From a virus (lineage: Duplodnaviria; Heunggongvirae; Uroviricota; Caudoviricetes): a stretch of DNA of 33,187 nt. Where the stretch lies: IMG/VR virus record IMGVR_UViG_2529293223_000010; one strand, written 5' to 3'. Position numbers and translations under genes: made by a program. Of this stretch, positions 9,548 through 19,599 are shown one piece after another. Under the pieces are notes generated by a model that did no database searches, was not told the origin of the DNA, and saw only the letters and a program-made list of their open reading frames with translations. How positions within the stretch are numbered: the first letter of the stretch is position 1; the number at the start of each line of letters is the position of its first letter.

Positions 9548-10491
9548 TATTTAACCTCATATTTACAAATGACTTTTTCAATCAACTGCCGGGATATTTC
9601 CCGGGCGGTGCTCTGGTAGTAATTCACGTCAAAATCGACAATCTTTTTCTTCGCCAGAGCGTTGATTTCAACCTGTCCCGACTTTGCGTCCTGAACCACC
9701 GGAATATTGGTTACACCAAACTTTTCCTCCTCCAGCGCCCTGTTCACCACCGAGTCGACAAGATCCAGCGCCATTTTATTGCTGAATCCATAAAGCGTCA
9801 GGCGAACCGAATCCTGGACGAGCTGGAATCGCTCACCACCGAAAACAACGGGAGCCACCTGCAATGGAATACTGTTGCGAACATCCACCGCGATATACGG
9901 AGGGCGAAGGTTCTGCGGTACCAGGTAAGACGGATACACGGTCGCGGCATCTTTCATTTGCAGCCAGATCGGGATGCTGTTGGATATGATCTGCTCGTCG
10001 CTGATATCCTCCTCGCAGTCGATAATCTGGGAACGCATGGTTGGCAAAATCGCCATGCCGCGATAATGAAAAATACCCGACTGCTGATAGCGGCTCTCCA
10101 TTCGAGAAAAAGCGAACTGGACGCCGCCGTACTCACCGAGATAGATCGCATCGGGATTTTCCACATTAAAATCATCAACCTGCTGAACAGGCGTGAAAAT
10201 AATGTTGTTCACATCCTTCGAGACAGACTCGTCCTGAATCGCAATAATCTGACGATGCAGGCTGCCTTTGATTTTCAGACGAGTTGGTGACTCAATATTC
10301 AGACGACACAGTTCATCGCAACTGATGATTTCCGCATTAACCCAATAGACAAAGCCATCCAGCGGCAGAACCTGCCGGACATAGAGCCTGAACGTGATTT
10401 CCTGGTCTGACGAGATGGTTTCAACTGCGGATTTAAGAACGGACGAGAGCTGCGAACTGTGCTGTTCGGCTAATTCTTCAAGACTCGGCAT
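9547..10491 (-). CDS. phage structural protein of unknown function (head-tail joining region)
   Basis: 314-aa ORF in the tightly packed structural operon; start overlaps upstream stop. Confidence 0.5.
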   Translation of the reverse strand: MPSLEELAEQHSSQLSSVLKSAVETISSDQEITFRLYVRQVLPLDGFVYWVNAEIISCDELCRLNIESPTRLKIKGSLHRQIIAIQDESVSKDVNNIIFTPVQQVDDFNVENPDAIYLGEYGGVQFAFSRMESRYQQSGIFHYRGMAILPTMRSQIIDCEEDISDEQIISNSIPIWLQMKDAATVYPSYLVPQNLRPPYIAVDVRNSIPLQVAPVVFGGERFQLVQDSVRLTLYGFSNKMALDLVDSVVNRALEEEKFGVTNIPVVQDAKSGQVEINALAKKKIVDFDVNYYQSTAREISRQLIEKVICKYEVK

Positions 10492-10933
10492 TGTTATCTA
10501 TCCACGCTATAAAGCTGCCCTTAAACAGGCCGCCATCTATGAATGACGGGCGCCGCTCCCCGGTATATTTGTCCTTAAGCCTTGAGTTAACACCCTGTAA
10601 CGCAGCCTGGGTTGGGACCTGATTTCCGTTGATCGTCATTCCGGCCATTTCTTCGGTTTCAAGAAATATATGGAAAATCTTCCCGGTCCCTTCCAGAAAA
10701 TGCTCGCCAGGTAGCGGAGCCTTATACTTGAAGTGATTGACCAACTGGTACGCCAGTTCAGTACCTGCCTCCTGGATAATCTCGTCCTTATGCATTTCCC
10801 AGAAGTGCGTAAAAATTTCGTATCGCTCCTCGAGGTCACAGGCCACGTCAAACGTGGTTTTTCCCAGTTCGTCGCCGTAGTCATACGGCTGGTCGATAAC
10901 CCCAAAACAAAGTTTCATGGCGTGTAACCCCAT
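10478..10933 (-). CDS. phage structural protein (putative head-tail connector/completion)
   Basis: 151-aa ORF overlapping neighbours in operon. Confidence 0.45.
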   Translation of the reverse strand: MGLHAMKLCFGVIDQPYDYGDELGKTTFDVACDLEERYEIFTHFWEMHKDEIIQEAGTELAYQLVNHFKYKAPLPGEHFLEGTGKIFHIFLETEEMAGMTINGNQVPTQAALQGVNSRLKDKYTGERRPSFIDGGLFKGSFIAWIDNNAES

Positions 10934-11355
10934 ACCGTGCCCATCTGCATCAGCACCGCAACAACCTGTCGTCCATACGGATCCTGTAACATCTGCAAAT
11001 CCAGCAAAGACAGATTACTCAGCGCGTCGCTGATGGTGATCGAACCAGATGTCCCCTGGTCTGCTGCCGCGCTGACAAGCCCGGTAGCCAGTTTCCCAAG
11101 GTTGAGTTTTTTTCTCAGGTCGGCAAACCGCGAGCCGGGAGCGAAATTCAGGAGAAATGAGGCGGCAGCGTTATAAACCGTTCGCACATAGATGATGGGT
11201 AAACGCTCCAGCCCCTGATCGTGAGGGATTAGCTCCATAGCAGACTGAAAGCAACATTCCAGCGTCGGATCATCGTCAGCAATAGCGTGAACCGATACTT
11301 TCATGTCGTCACGAACAAAGCGAATAAATCCCTCCAGTGACGGACGCAAGGTCAT
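10915..11355 (-). CDS. phage structural protein (putative head-tail connector/completion)
   Basis: 146-aa ORF overlapping neighbours in operon. Confidence 0.45.
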   Translation of the reverse strand: MTLRPSLEGFIRFVRDDMKVSVHAIADDDPTLECCFQSAMELIPHDQGLERLPIIYVRTVYNAAASFLLNFAPGSRFADLRKKLNLGKLATGLVSAAADQGTSGSITISDALSNLSLLDLQMLQDPYGRQVVAVLMQMGTVWGYTP

Positions 11356-11852
11356 TATTTTTTAACCTTAATATTTCGCTTTGTGCTGGGCGGATTTTCC
11401 TGTTCAGTGTTAATCGCTTCCCCGGTGATTTCCATTTCAATACCACCCGGTTGAGGTTTTTCGCCACTTTGAATCACTGCCTGATCCACTGCGTTATTCA
11501 GCGATACGGCGCTGGCTGCAAGAATTTCTTCTGACAGGGATTCCAGATTTTCCGTTTTCTGCTCCGCGCAATCCTCAATGCGACCGACGCTCACAGGTTT
11601 ATCGATGGAATAGCAGATACCGGAAAAATTCTTGTCCACCTTGTCACAACGCTGGAATCCGTAAGGCTCATGCTGTCGGATGATGTGGTCGATAATATCG
11701 GACTGATTTTCGATCATATGCTGACGTCCGGACGGAATTGTCACACCGAACGACTGCGTTTTTTCGGGGAGTTTGTAGTTGAACGTGTGCGGCTGACGTG
11801 AGCAGTTAGCGATGTAGAGCTTCATAAATTTTTCCCACAAAAAAGGGAGCAT
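11355..11852 (-). CDS. phage structural protein of unknown function
   Basis: 165-aa ORF directly downstream of the putative capsid gene. Confidence 0.45.
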   Translation of the reverse strand: MLPFLWEKFMKLYIANCSRQPHTFNYKLPEKTQSFGVTIPSGRQHMIENQSDIIDHIIRQHEPYGFQRCDKVDKNFSGICYSIDKPVSVGRIEDCAEQKTENLESLSEEILAASAVSLNNAVDQAVIQSGEKPQPGGIEMEITGEAINTEQENPPSTKRNIKVKK

Positions 11853-11881
11853 TTAGCTCCCCGCGTTATCAGATTGAACGT

Positions 11882-12910
11882 TTATGCGTATTTGGCAGAC
11901 AACAGGGTGATCCCCTCAGGGCGGAAGTTCCAGCCCGGCGTCGCGCGCATGGTATACAACGTGGTCAGGCCGCCATCCGGCATAGGGGACGGGATTTCCG
12001 TCGGCGCTGCCATATCACAGAACATCACGTTGACGGCCTGCTGGTTAGGTACCAGCGGGGAGAAAATATTGGTGTTAATGGTGTAACGCGCTTCCGGAAC
12101 CTCAATCGTCGGGTTCGTAACGATGATCAGGTCATTACCACCAGCGCCTTTACCGATCAGCGTGTCGTCCTGGCAGAACATGATGTCGTCGCCTGTCGCC
12201 TTATCGGCGACGTCTTTAACCATCGTTCCCACCGTTCCGGTACCACCACCAGGACGCTGGTAACTGGTCAGCTCAACAATTCCTGTCCACTCCAGCGCCT
12301 TCATGAATCGCTGTGGGCTCAGAATAACAGTCGTTAATGGCTGCCCCAGCAGCAACATGCGGGTTTTCTGGTCAGCAATCAGGCCAAGCATAAATTTAGC
12401 CATCTCGCCGGAATCCCAGGTGGTGTACGAATCGTTACCTTTGCTGTCGTTGCCCAGATTCAGCGTCACTGCGTTCGGTGAGTTGGTGATCCCCTCGTTA
12501 TTAGCTGCATTCACGCCATACAGCAGCATATTACGCAACATTTGAGCGTGTCCCTGACGGTTAGCCAGGCGCAGGCCTTCAATCAGAGAATAGCCCCAGC
12601 GATCTGCTGCATCAGTATCGAGATAGCTGTATTGCGAGCGGGAAGAAATTCGGTAAGTCATCATTCCGTCATAGCCGCCAGAGATACTGGAAGACGGTAA
12701 CTGACCCGGCAGAGACTGGCTGACCTGCGCCTGCGAGGTCATGCGCAGATATTTCTGATAGACCATCAAATCACTGGAACTGATTTTTACCGCTGGAGCA
12801 CCACCGGCCAGGACTTCAAACGCCCCGGAAGCCATGCTCTGTTGCACGATCATTTCCGGCAGCACCATTGACGGCGACACAATAGTAGTCGCAGGAGTAA
12901 ATGCGCTCAT
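11882..12910 (-). CDS. putative major capsid protein
   Basis: 342-aa ORF in the head module between packaging and tail genes; family not recognised with certainty. Confidence 0.4.
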   Translation of the reverse strand: MSAFTPATTIVSPSMVLPEMIVQQSMASGAFEVLAGGAPAVKISSSDLMVYQKYLRMTSQAQVSQSLPGQLPSSSISGGYDGMMTYRISSRSQYSYLDTDAADRWGYSLIEGLRLANRQGHAQMLRNMLLYGVNAANNEGITNSPNAVTLNLGNDSKGNDSYTTWDSGEMAKFMLGLIADQKTRMLLLGQPLTTVILSPQRFMKALEWTGIVELTSYQRPGGGTGTVGTMVKDVADKATGDDIMFCQDDTLIGKGAGGNDLIIVTNPTIEVPEARYTINTNIFSPLVPNQQAVNVMFCDMAAPTEIPSPMPDGGLTTLYTMRATPGWNFRPEGITLLSAKYA

Positions 12911-12924
12911 TAATTAATATCCCC

Positions 12925-13464
12925 TTAAATTAAAAACAGGCCGCACGGTTTGCCGATTTCCCAGACAACGTTACCACCATCCTCTTTTTTCACCGTCAGG
13001 TTTCCGTCAACTGAAACCATCAGCAGCTTAATATCCACTTTCGGATTAGCGCCGGGTGATCCCGAATAAACATCAACCATGTTTTTCGTCAGATCCCACA
13101 CAAAACCACTGGCAGCAACGGTGTTATTTCCATCAGCCAGCGCAACAACTTCTGCACTGACAGGGAGAGGAATGCGGGCACCTGAGCCAACGCGGTAATA
13201 GTGAACAAAGCCACCCGCGAGATATAACGGCACCGGATTATCCGGCGTGGTAATGCCATGAAATGCCTGATTAAAGACAGTAAAGGCGTTACAGGCGTCC
13301 TTCGTGGCTTGTTTAATTACCGCGCCGTTAACGCTGTCTTTCGCGGGGGCAATGCACTCCATAACTCCAACGCCACCCCATACCGGTTCAGTGATTTTGC
13401 TGTCCAGTCGACCGGAGCAAAGTTGCAGACGAATTGCCGGATCATCCTGCGCATCCCCCTGCAT
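12925..13464 (-). pseudogene. phage head-module protein (scaffold/decoration-like), probably N-terminally truncated at the IS4 remnant
   Basis: 179-aa ORF whose reading frame stays open upstream to the IS4 terminus at about 13506. Confidence 0.3.
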
Positions 13465-13505
13465 CAGCCCACGGGATTCGACGTTAAAAAGGCCACCAAA
13501 TGCTC

Positions 13506-14821
13506 TAATGCCAGTCAGTTAAGCAACTGACTGGCTCTTTTTCGGGGCTGTGGGGTATTTCCTGGGCCTCTCCTTTACCACTCTCGGGAAGGCCCTTTCC
13601 CTTCTCGTCGGTAATTTCACAAGTTGTCCCATACTTGCAAGATCGCGCATCAGCTCCGGTATACGTCCCGGTGAAGCGCCCTGCAATGTCATCAGCATTC
13701 TCATCACCATTCCGCATGATTCTGAGAAACTCAGTTGATTCGGCCAGTAACCTTTCAGATGTTCCGCCATTTTAATCATCTGATATCTCACCAGATTATA
13801 AGCCAGTAAGACACCCCACAGCTCTTGCTCCACAAGCTCCGGCTTTTTACTTCTCAGCGTCAGCCTGCTCAGTTGCATCGTCTGTTTTATCTCCCTGTAT
13901 CCCAGTTCGATTTCCCAGCGATGACTGTACAGATCCGCCATTTCTCCTCCGGGGAAGCGCATGGCGTCCGTCATCGACGTCAGCAGATGGCAGACTTTTC
14001 CTTTGCGCGTCACGGTCAGCAGGCGGGCTGTCACTTCATTTCCCAGTCCCGGCCACTTTTTTCGTGCCTGCGGGCTGGTTTTCAGCTTCACCAGATGATC
14101 GCCTTTACCCAGTTTTCTGAGCTCTTCATATTGCGCTCCCTTTCTGAGAGGTATCATCCAGTGGCGGTGTTCTCCCGCCAGGCTCCAGGCATTTAACAGT
14201 CCCAGTGAGTAATAACCTTTATCCATTAACGTCAGAGTGTTATCGCCGGTTTGTTCTATAAGTTGCTCAGCAAGCTCATTTTCGCTGTTCTTCATCGTGC
14301 CGAAGGCTGCAGCCGTCAGCAGATGGCTGGTCAGTTCCATCTGGCAGACCATTTTGACCTGCGGGTAGAGCGCCGGGTTCCCGGCATGTGTCTGGCGGGG
14401 GAAGGCTGCATCGTTCTCTGGTGTATCCGGTGTGCGCCAGAACACACCATCGATGGCCAGCAGGGTCAGGCCGCACCAGTGCGGATGCGGCGTGGCGTTA
14501 TGCCAGAGCTGCGCTGTTTTCGTGAACACGCGGCGGACAGCCTCACTTCCCAGGCGCTGGCGGGCCTGAATAACGGCACTGGGGGCAACGAAGGGGCGAT
14601 TGCCCGGCAGCATGATGTCCAGGCGATTCACAATCTGGTGAAGAGGTTCTTTACGCTCAAGCGCCATGCCAACAATACACCAGACCATCATTTCGAGGGG
14701 AAGACGGCGCTTGCGTAGCGTTACAGTACCTGATTCGGCAAGGCAACGAGAGATGAGTTCGGGGTCGAGGTAATCCCCCAGAGAAGTCAGTGGGTTACGC
14801 AGAGAATCGTAACGGGATACC
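13506..14821 (-). mobile_element. IS4 remnant: one terminus plus most of the transposase gene; other end replaced by IS600 copy 2
   Basis: Terminal palindromic sequence taatgccagtcagttaagcaactgactggc at 13506..; 442-aa transposase ORF whose N-terminus runs into the IS600 end. Confidence 0.7.
13519..14821 (-). pseudogene. IS4 transposase (InsG-like), N-terminally truncated by IS600
   Basis: C-terminal DDE/YREK signature [17 protein letters not shown]; first residues MSVKLRLPQ are encoded by the IS600 inverted repeat. Confidence 0.7.
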
Positions 14822-14885
14822 TGAGGTAGCCTGAGTTTAACGGACACTCCTTCCTGAAATAGAATGGCATCAGAAGGAGCTAATA

Positions 14886-15188
14886 ATGAGCAGAAAAACC
14901 CAACGTTACTCTAAAGAGTTCAAAGCCGAAGCTGTCAGAACGGTTCTTGAAAATCAACTTTCGATCAGTGAAGGCGCTTCCCGATTATCCCTTCCTGAAG
15001 GCACTTTAGGACAATGGGTTACCGCCGCCAGAAAAGGGCTCGGTACTCCTGGTTCCCGCACGGTGGCTGAACTGGAATCTGAAATTCTGCAACTGCGTAA
15101 GGCGTTAAATGAAGCTCGCCTTGAGCGAGATATATTAAAAAAAGCAACAGCGTATTTTGCACAGGAGTCGCTGAAAAATACGCGTTAA
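14886..15188 (+). CDS. IS600 OrfA
   Basis: 100-aa ORF identical to other copies; slippery A AAA AAG at 15138..15144. Confidence 0.9.
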   Translation: MSRKTQRYSKEFKAEAVRTVLENQLSISEGASRLSLPEGTLGQWVTAARKGLGTPGSRTVAELESEILQLRKALNEARLERDILKKATAYFAQESLKNTR

Positions 15189-15223
15189 TCGAACAATGGC
15201 GACAACAATTTCCCATTGAAGCG

Positions 15224-16042
15224 ATGTGTCAGGTATTTGGTGTATCCAGGAGCGGTTATTACAACTGGGTACAGCATGAACCCTCAGACAGAAAACAAAG
15301 TGATGAGCGGCTAAAACTGGAGATTAAGGTGGCACATATCCGCACTCGCGAAACATATGGAACCCGGCGGCTCCAGACGGAGCTGGCAGAGAATGGCATC
15401 ATCGTTGGTCGTGACCGACTGGCACGTCTTCGTAAGGAGCTAAGGCTACGCTGTAAGCAGAAACGCAAGTTCAGAGCGACTACGAACCCGAACCACAATC
15501 TGCCAGTTGCGCCAAATCTGCTGAACCAGACGTTCGCTCCTACAGCACCAAATCAGGTCTGGGTGGCGGACCTGACGTATGTTGCCACACAGGAGGGATG
15601 GTTGTACCTCGCTGGCATCAAAGATGTTTATACGTGCGAAATTGTCGGCTACGCCATGGGAGAGCGCATGACAAAAGAGCTGACAGGTAAAGCCCTGTTT
15701 ATGGCGCTCAGGAGCCAGCGCCCACCTGCCGGGCTAATCCACCACTCTGATCGAGGTTCACAGTACTGCGCATACGATTACCGGGTCATACAGGAGCAGT
15801 TTGGTCTGAAAACATCAATGTCGCGTAAAGGTAACTGTTACGACAACGCTCCGATGGAAAGCTTCTGGGGAACGCTGAAAAATGAGAGCCTGAGCCACTA
15901 TCGTTTTAATAACCGGGATGAAGCCATCTCAGTAATACGGGAATACATTGAGATTTTCTACAATCGTCAGCGTCGTCACTCTCGTCTGGGGAATATCTCC
16001 CCGGCAGCCTTCAGGGAAAAATATCATCAGATGGCTGCTTAA
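15224..16042 (+). CDS. IS600 OrfB
   Basis: 272-aa ORF in -1 frame relative to orfA. Confidence 0.9.
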   Translation: MCQVFGVSRSGYYNWVQHEPSDRKQSDERLKLEIKVAHIRTRETYGTRRLQTELAENGIIVGRDRLARLRKELRLRCKQKRKFRATTNPNHNLPVAPNLLNQTFAPTAPNQVWVADLTYVATQEGWLYLAGIKDVYTCEIVGYAMGERMTKELTGKALFMALRSQRPPAGLIHHSDRGSQYCAYDYRVIQEQFGLKTSMSRKGNCYDNAPMESFWGTLKNESLSHYRFNNRDEAISVIREYIEIFYNRQRRHSRLGNISPAAFREKYHQMAA

Positions 16043-16085
16043 AAAAAGAACAAATGGTAGTGTCCGCTATTGCCAGTACACCTCA

Positions 16086-16896
16086 GTGAACTTACGTCTT
16101 CGTCTTTTCCAATACTCAACACGCCTTTATTTTTGGCGGCTTTCACGTTTTCCCTTTTACGCCCCGTGGCAGCAGCCATGATCCCGTCCATTTTCGAACC
16201 GGACTGCACAACTTTAGCTACCAGTACGCCCGCCTTCTGACTGACGAGATCATTCGCCTCCATCGTGTTGATATAGGATTTCAGGGAATAAAGAACGCGC
16301 TGAAACACACTTCGTCCGGTGAATCCGAACGATGAACTCTGAAACTCCAGATAAATCGGTGTGCCGTTGAAGATTTTCAGTGTGCGTGACGGATGCCAGT
16401 CTTTTCCGCCAATCTTCAGCCTTTTGTTGGCTTCCTGGAAAAACGGACTGTTTGGGTTCTGGTCAGTCACCATCGAACCGGAAGCGTTCAACGGATCCCA
16501 CGCGTTGATATACACATCCTCTTCTGTCAGCCCGAATGTCGGAAGCGGCTCACGACATGAAACACTGTCGGTGCCCACGCCGATCGCTGCAGCACCGTAG
16601 CAACGAGACAGAAAAAACAGATTTTTTATCTTCTCGTTGACCCTCATACGTTCCCATACCTCCTGGAAACGCCGCACAACCCTCTCGTCAGGATCTGTCT
16701 CCACGTTATACTGTCGCGGCTTACACATCGCCATCAGTATGGGTTTTTCGACAAGTTTTCCGCCCAGAGGATGGAATTGCCACAGCAGCTTACACAATTC
16801 ATAGCCAATATCGGTTCCTGGCTGAATTTCTTCAGCCTCAAGAATACGCATCAGTGCTGAACCGAGGCCGCCAGTAATCTCGATCTCTGCCATCAA
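16086..16896 (-). pseudogene. putative portal protein, N-terminal fragment; 3' part removed at IS600 copy 2
   Basis: 285-aa ORF immediately downstream of the terminase large subunit; C-terminus reads into the IS600 terminus. Confidence 0.45.
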
Positions 16897-16910
16897 AAAT
16901 ATCCTGATTT

Positions 16911-18239
16911 TTACAACTCCGCGTAATTACCGTGCGCGATGATCAATCCATAGGTGTAACAATCGAAAAGGTCATCAGCACGTTTATGCGCGTCTTTATC
17001 CGCCAGGTGGAATCCGGCGATTTGTTTTATGAGGTGGTTTGCGGTGGTGCGCTTGAATGAAACGGTCTTGTCGTAAGCCTCCCGGACGATTTTGCACATC
17101 CCCTGATAGTGGTAGCTGGATGCCATCACCGCCCGTTCGTCTTTGCCCTTGCTGGTTAGTGCCGATTTAATCGGCGTCATATCCCAGCCTTCGGTTTCCG
17201 CCTTCTGGTTGAGGATTGCCCCCATCGCGGCGTCTTCCATAAAAATTCCCTGGCTGCCCAGACGCGGACGGCATAATTTCGCGAGGCGCTCAAGGTTGTC
17301 ATAAACGCCGGGAATATATTCAGGAAGCAATGACGCTTTAATTTGCGTCACATCCCAGTCAATAATCGTCAGTTTTGGCTCTTCCGAATACGTTGACTCA
17401 TAAGCGAAATACAACACGCCAGTACCATCATTTTCGGTCCCGCCTTTCAGCGCCGTATCCATCACTGCGAAAATCATGTCGCAGTACGGCGGCATCTCAA
17501 TCGGCTGACCGTCCACCAGCAGCTTATCGACATCGAGTAACGCGTCTTTGGACCAGTCCACGAACTCGGCAAGATATTCCTGCTGCCAGACGCGCGGATC
17601 GGATTTCTTCTCCGTTTCCTCCAGTTCTTCTTTCGGAATATACGGATTCGATGAAGTTGGCGCATGGTGCATGACAAATCCCAGGGATTCATCGTGGCAT
17701 ATCGCGTAGAAAAAATTGCTCTCGTCGATACCGTTTGGTGTGGAAAATACCCACGCACAGCCGCGGTAATCGACAAGCGTCGGGCGTATAGCTCGGGGCC
17801 AGATTTCCTCGAGCATTTCCGGCGATTTAGTGAATGCTGCCTCATCAATCAGCACAGCGTGATATTTACGCCCACACCCGGCTAGTTTGTTATTGTCCGT
17901 TACCCAAAAGTCGATGCGCCCCCCATTACGGAGAATAATGCGCTTTTCATTTTTTGACTGGCTGAGGATCAGCGGTTGCAGAACGGCGCTAATTTCATCC
18001 CAGATTTCCTGGTACTGGCGGTATTGTGCGGTAAAAATCCCCACCCTACCCGCGATAAGTTGCCCGGTGGTAGGAACGGCAAATTTCCGCGTAGCGAAAC
18101 TGGTAGCGATGTTTACCAGCATCACCGTTTTACCCCAGCGACGACCACAGCATACCGCGTGGAAGCGTTCCTCTATTGCCGCCGTCCATGCAGCTATTTG
18201 CCCCTCATGAGGTTTTGGGAGGTAGATTTCAATCGACAT
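16911..18239 (-). CDS. terminase large subunit
   Basis: 442-aa ORF with N-terminal Walker A-like ATPase motif (CCGRRWGKT) and acidic C-terminal nuclease-like region; upstream of portal. Confidence 0.75.
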   Translation of the reverse strand: MSIEIYLPKPHEGQIAAWTAAIEERFHAVCCGRRWGKTVMLVNIATSFATRKFAVPTTGQLIAGRVGIFTAQYRQYQEIWDEISAVLQPLILSQSKNEKRIILRNGGRIDFWVTDNNKLAGCGRKYHAVLIDEAAFTKSPEMLEEIWPRAIRPTLVDYRGCAWVFSTPNGIDESNFFYAICHDESLGFVMHHAPTSSNPYIPKEELEETEKKSDPRVWQQEYLAEFVDWSKDALLDVDKLLVDGQPIEMPPYCDMIFAVMDTALKGGTENDGTGVLYFAYESTYSEEPKLTIIDWDVTQIKASLLPEYIPGVYDNLERLAKLCRPRLGSQGIFMEDAAMGAILNQKAETEGWDMTPIKSALTSKGKDERAVMASSYHYQGMCKIVREAYDKTVSFKRTTANHLIKQIAGFHLADKDAHKRADDLFDCYTYGLIIAHGNYAEL

Positions 18240-19320
18240 TATCCACTCCCGGCATCGGCAGAGAGTTGTGGATAATTATTTCGTTATTCTCACCACCCAC
18301 GCCTTTTTTGAGGTTTTCAATCTCAGTGCGCAGCTTTTCGTTGCGAAGCCTCAGTCCTTCAAGCTCCAGATCATTGCGACTGTCAGTTGCACCACCAGCA
18401 GAACTTCCTTTCGTCGCCATTATCAGCTTGATAAGTTCGCGCCGGGCGGCAGCCTTATCCTCCAGCAGGATCTCAACACCAAATTTCCCGAGCTTTGCCC
18501 CTGCATATAATTGTCGCGCATCCCCATCAAGCAGAGTGGTATCAGCCATATAAAGCTGTCCCGTTCCCTCACCGCAGCACTTCGGACAATCCGGATTGGG
18601 TATGGCGTTATCAACAAAGCCGAGGCCTCCATATTCCGGCTCGGGTTTGCCATCTCTGGAGGCCTGTGCCGCTGCCTTATCGAATTCTGCAATATCACGC
18701 CACTGGTAGAGATGATTCTCGCTCCAGCAATAACGGCAGTTAACACGGCGAAATTGTGCCAACTGATTGGGGTCGGCCTGGACAATAGCCATAAACTGAC
18801 TCACCAGTAAATCCAGGTCTGCGGTATAGCGTTTCTGATACTGATTGCGGAAGTAACTGATAGCACGATAAACCCTGGCATTTCTAAGCATACGGCTGGC
18901 GTTGCTGTTAGCTGTCGCACCTTGCCCCTCATAACCAGCCAGTCGGTATGCCTCTGTCGGCTTTTTCCCCTGAGCAACAAGCATCGCAAACTTAGCCTGC
19001 TGGTCAGAAATGCCGAATTCATCGGGGCAGAACGAAAATTCCTCCGCGTCGCCCTCATTCAGGCACGCATCGGATACTGGCTTTTTTTTCTGAGATTTTC
19101 CGTTCCGCTTTTGCGCAGTCTGCGCAGATTTTTTCTGCGCACTTTGTTGCGCAGTTTTACGCATTTCTGTCTGCGCATTTTTCGGAGGTTTTTTGATGTA
19201 ACGACGGGCTGTTGCGTAATTCAGTCCCCTTGCTTCACACCATGCCACCGGAGATATACCGGAGCGGGTGTATTCAGCAATATACTCCTGCTGCAACGCC
19301 CCCCAGTCCGGTCTGCTCAT
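18229..19320 (-). CDS. putative terminase small subunit / DNA-packaging protein with HTH regions
   Basis: 363-aa ORF overlapping the terminase large start; contains small-terminase-like segment FAMLVAQGKKPTEAYRLAGY. Confidence 0.5.
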   Translation of the reverse strand: MSRPDWGALQQEYIAEYTRSGISPVAWCEARGLNYATARRYIKKPPKNAQTEMRKTAQQSAQKKSAQTAQKRNGKSQKKKPVSDACLNEGDAEEFSFCPDEFGISDQQAKFAMLVAQGKKPTEAYRLAGYEGQGATANSNASRMLRNARVYRAISYFRNQYQKRYTADLDLLVSQFMAIVQADPNQLAQFRRVNCRYCWSENHLYQWRDIAEFDKAAAQASRDGKPEPEYGGLGFVDNAIPNPDCPKCCGEGTGQLYMADTTLLDGDARQLYAGAKLGKFGVEILLEDKAAARRELIKLIMATKGSSAGGATDSRNDLELEGLRLRNEKLRTEIENLKKGVGGENNEIIIHNSLPMPGVDNVD

Positions 19321-19599
19321 CAGTTAGTCCTGATTTTTATCCACCCTGAGTAGTTCGCGCAGAGCAAAGGCATCCCCTTTTCTGGCAAGCTTAAACAATG
19401 CCGCTCGTAACTTGGCTTCACCTTTCGCTCCGCCCTTACGGATGGACGCATAAAATCTCGCTCATACAGCCTTGCTTTATGAATAAAACGCACCCCAGCA
19501 GCCAGTGCTACTGGGGGCGGAGGTGTTGCTGGTAAAGTTAGGTATTGGATCAATGAGTGAGTCAACATAATATTAAACTCACAATTATAAATCAGCCAT

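Larger units (their letters stand above)
14822..16085 (+). mobile_element. IS600 copy 2, 1264 bp, no target duplication (flanks acc / gtg); inserted into IS4 and bordering the truncated portal gene
   Basis: Same inverted repeats and orfA/orfB as copy 1. Confidence 0.9.
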
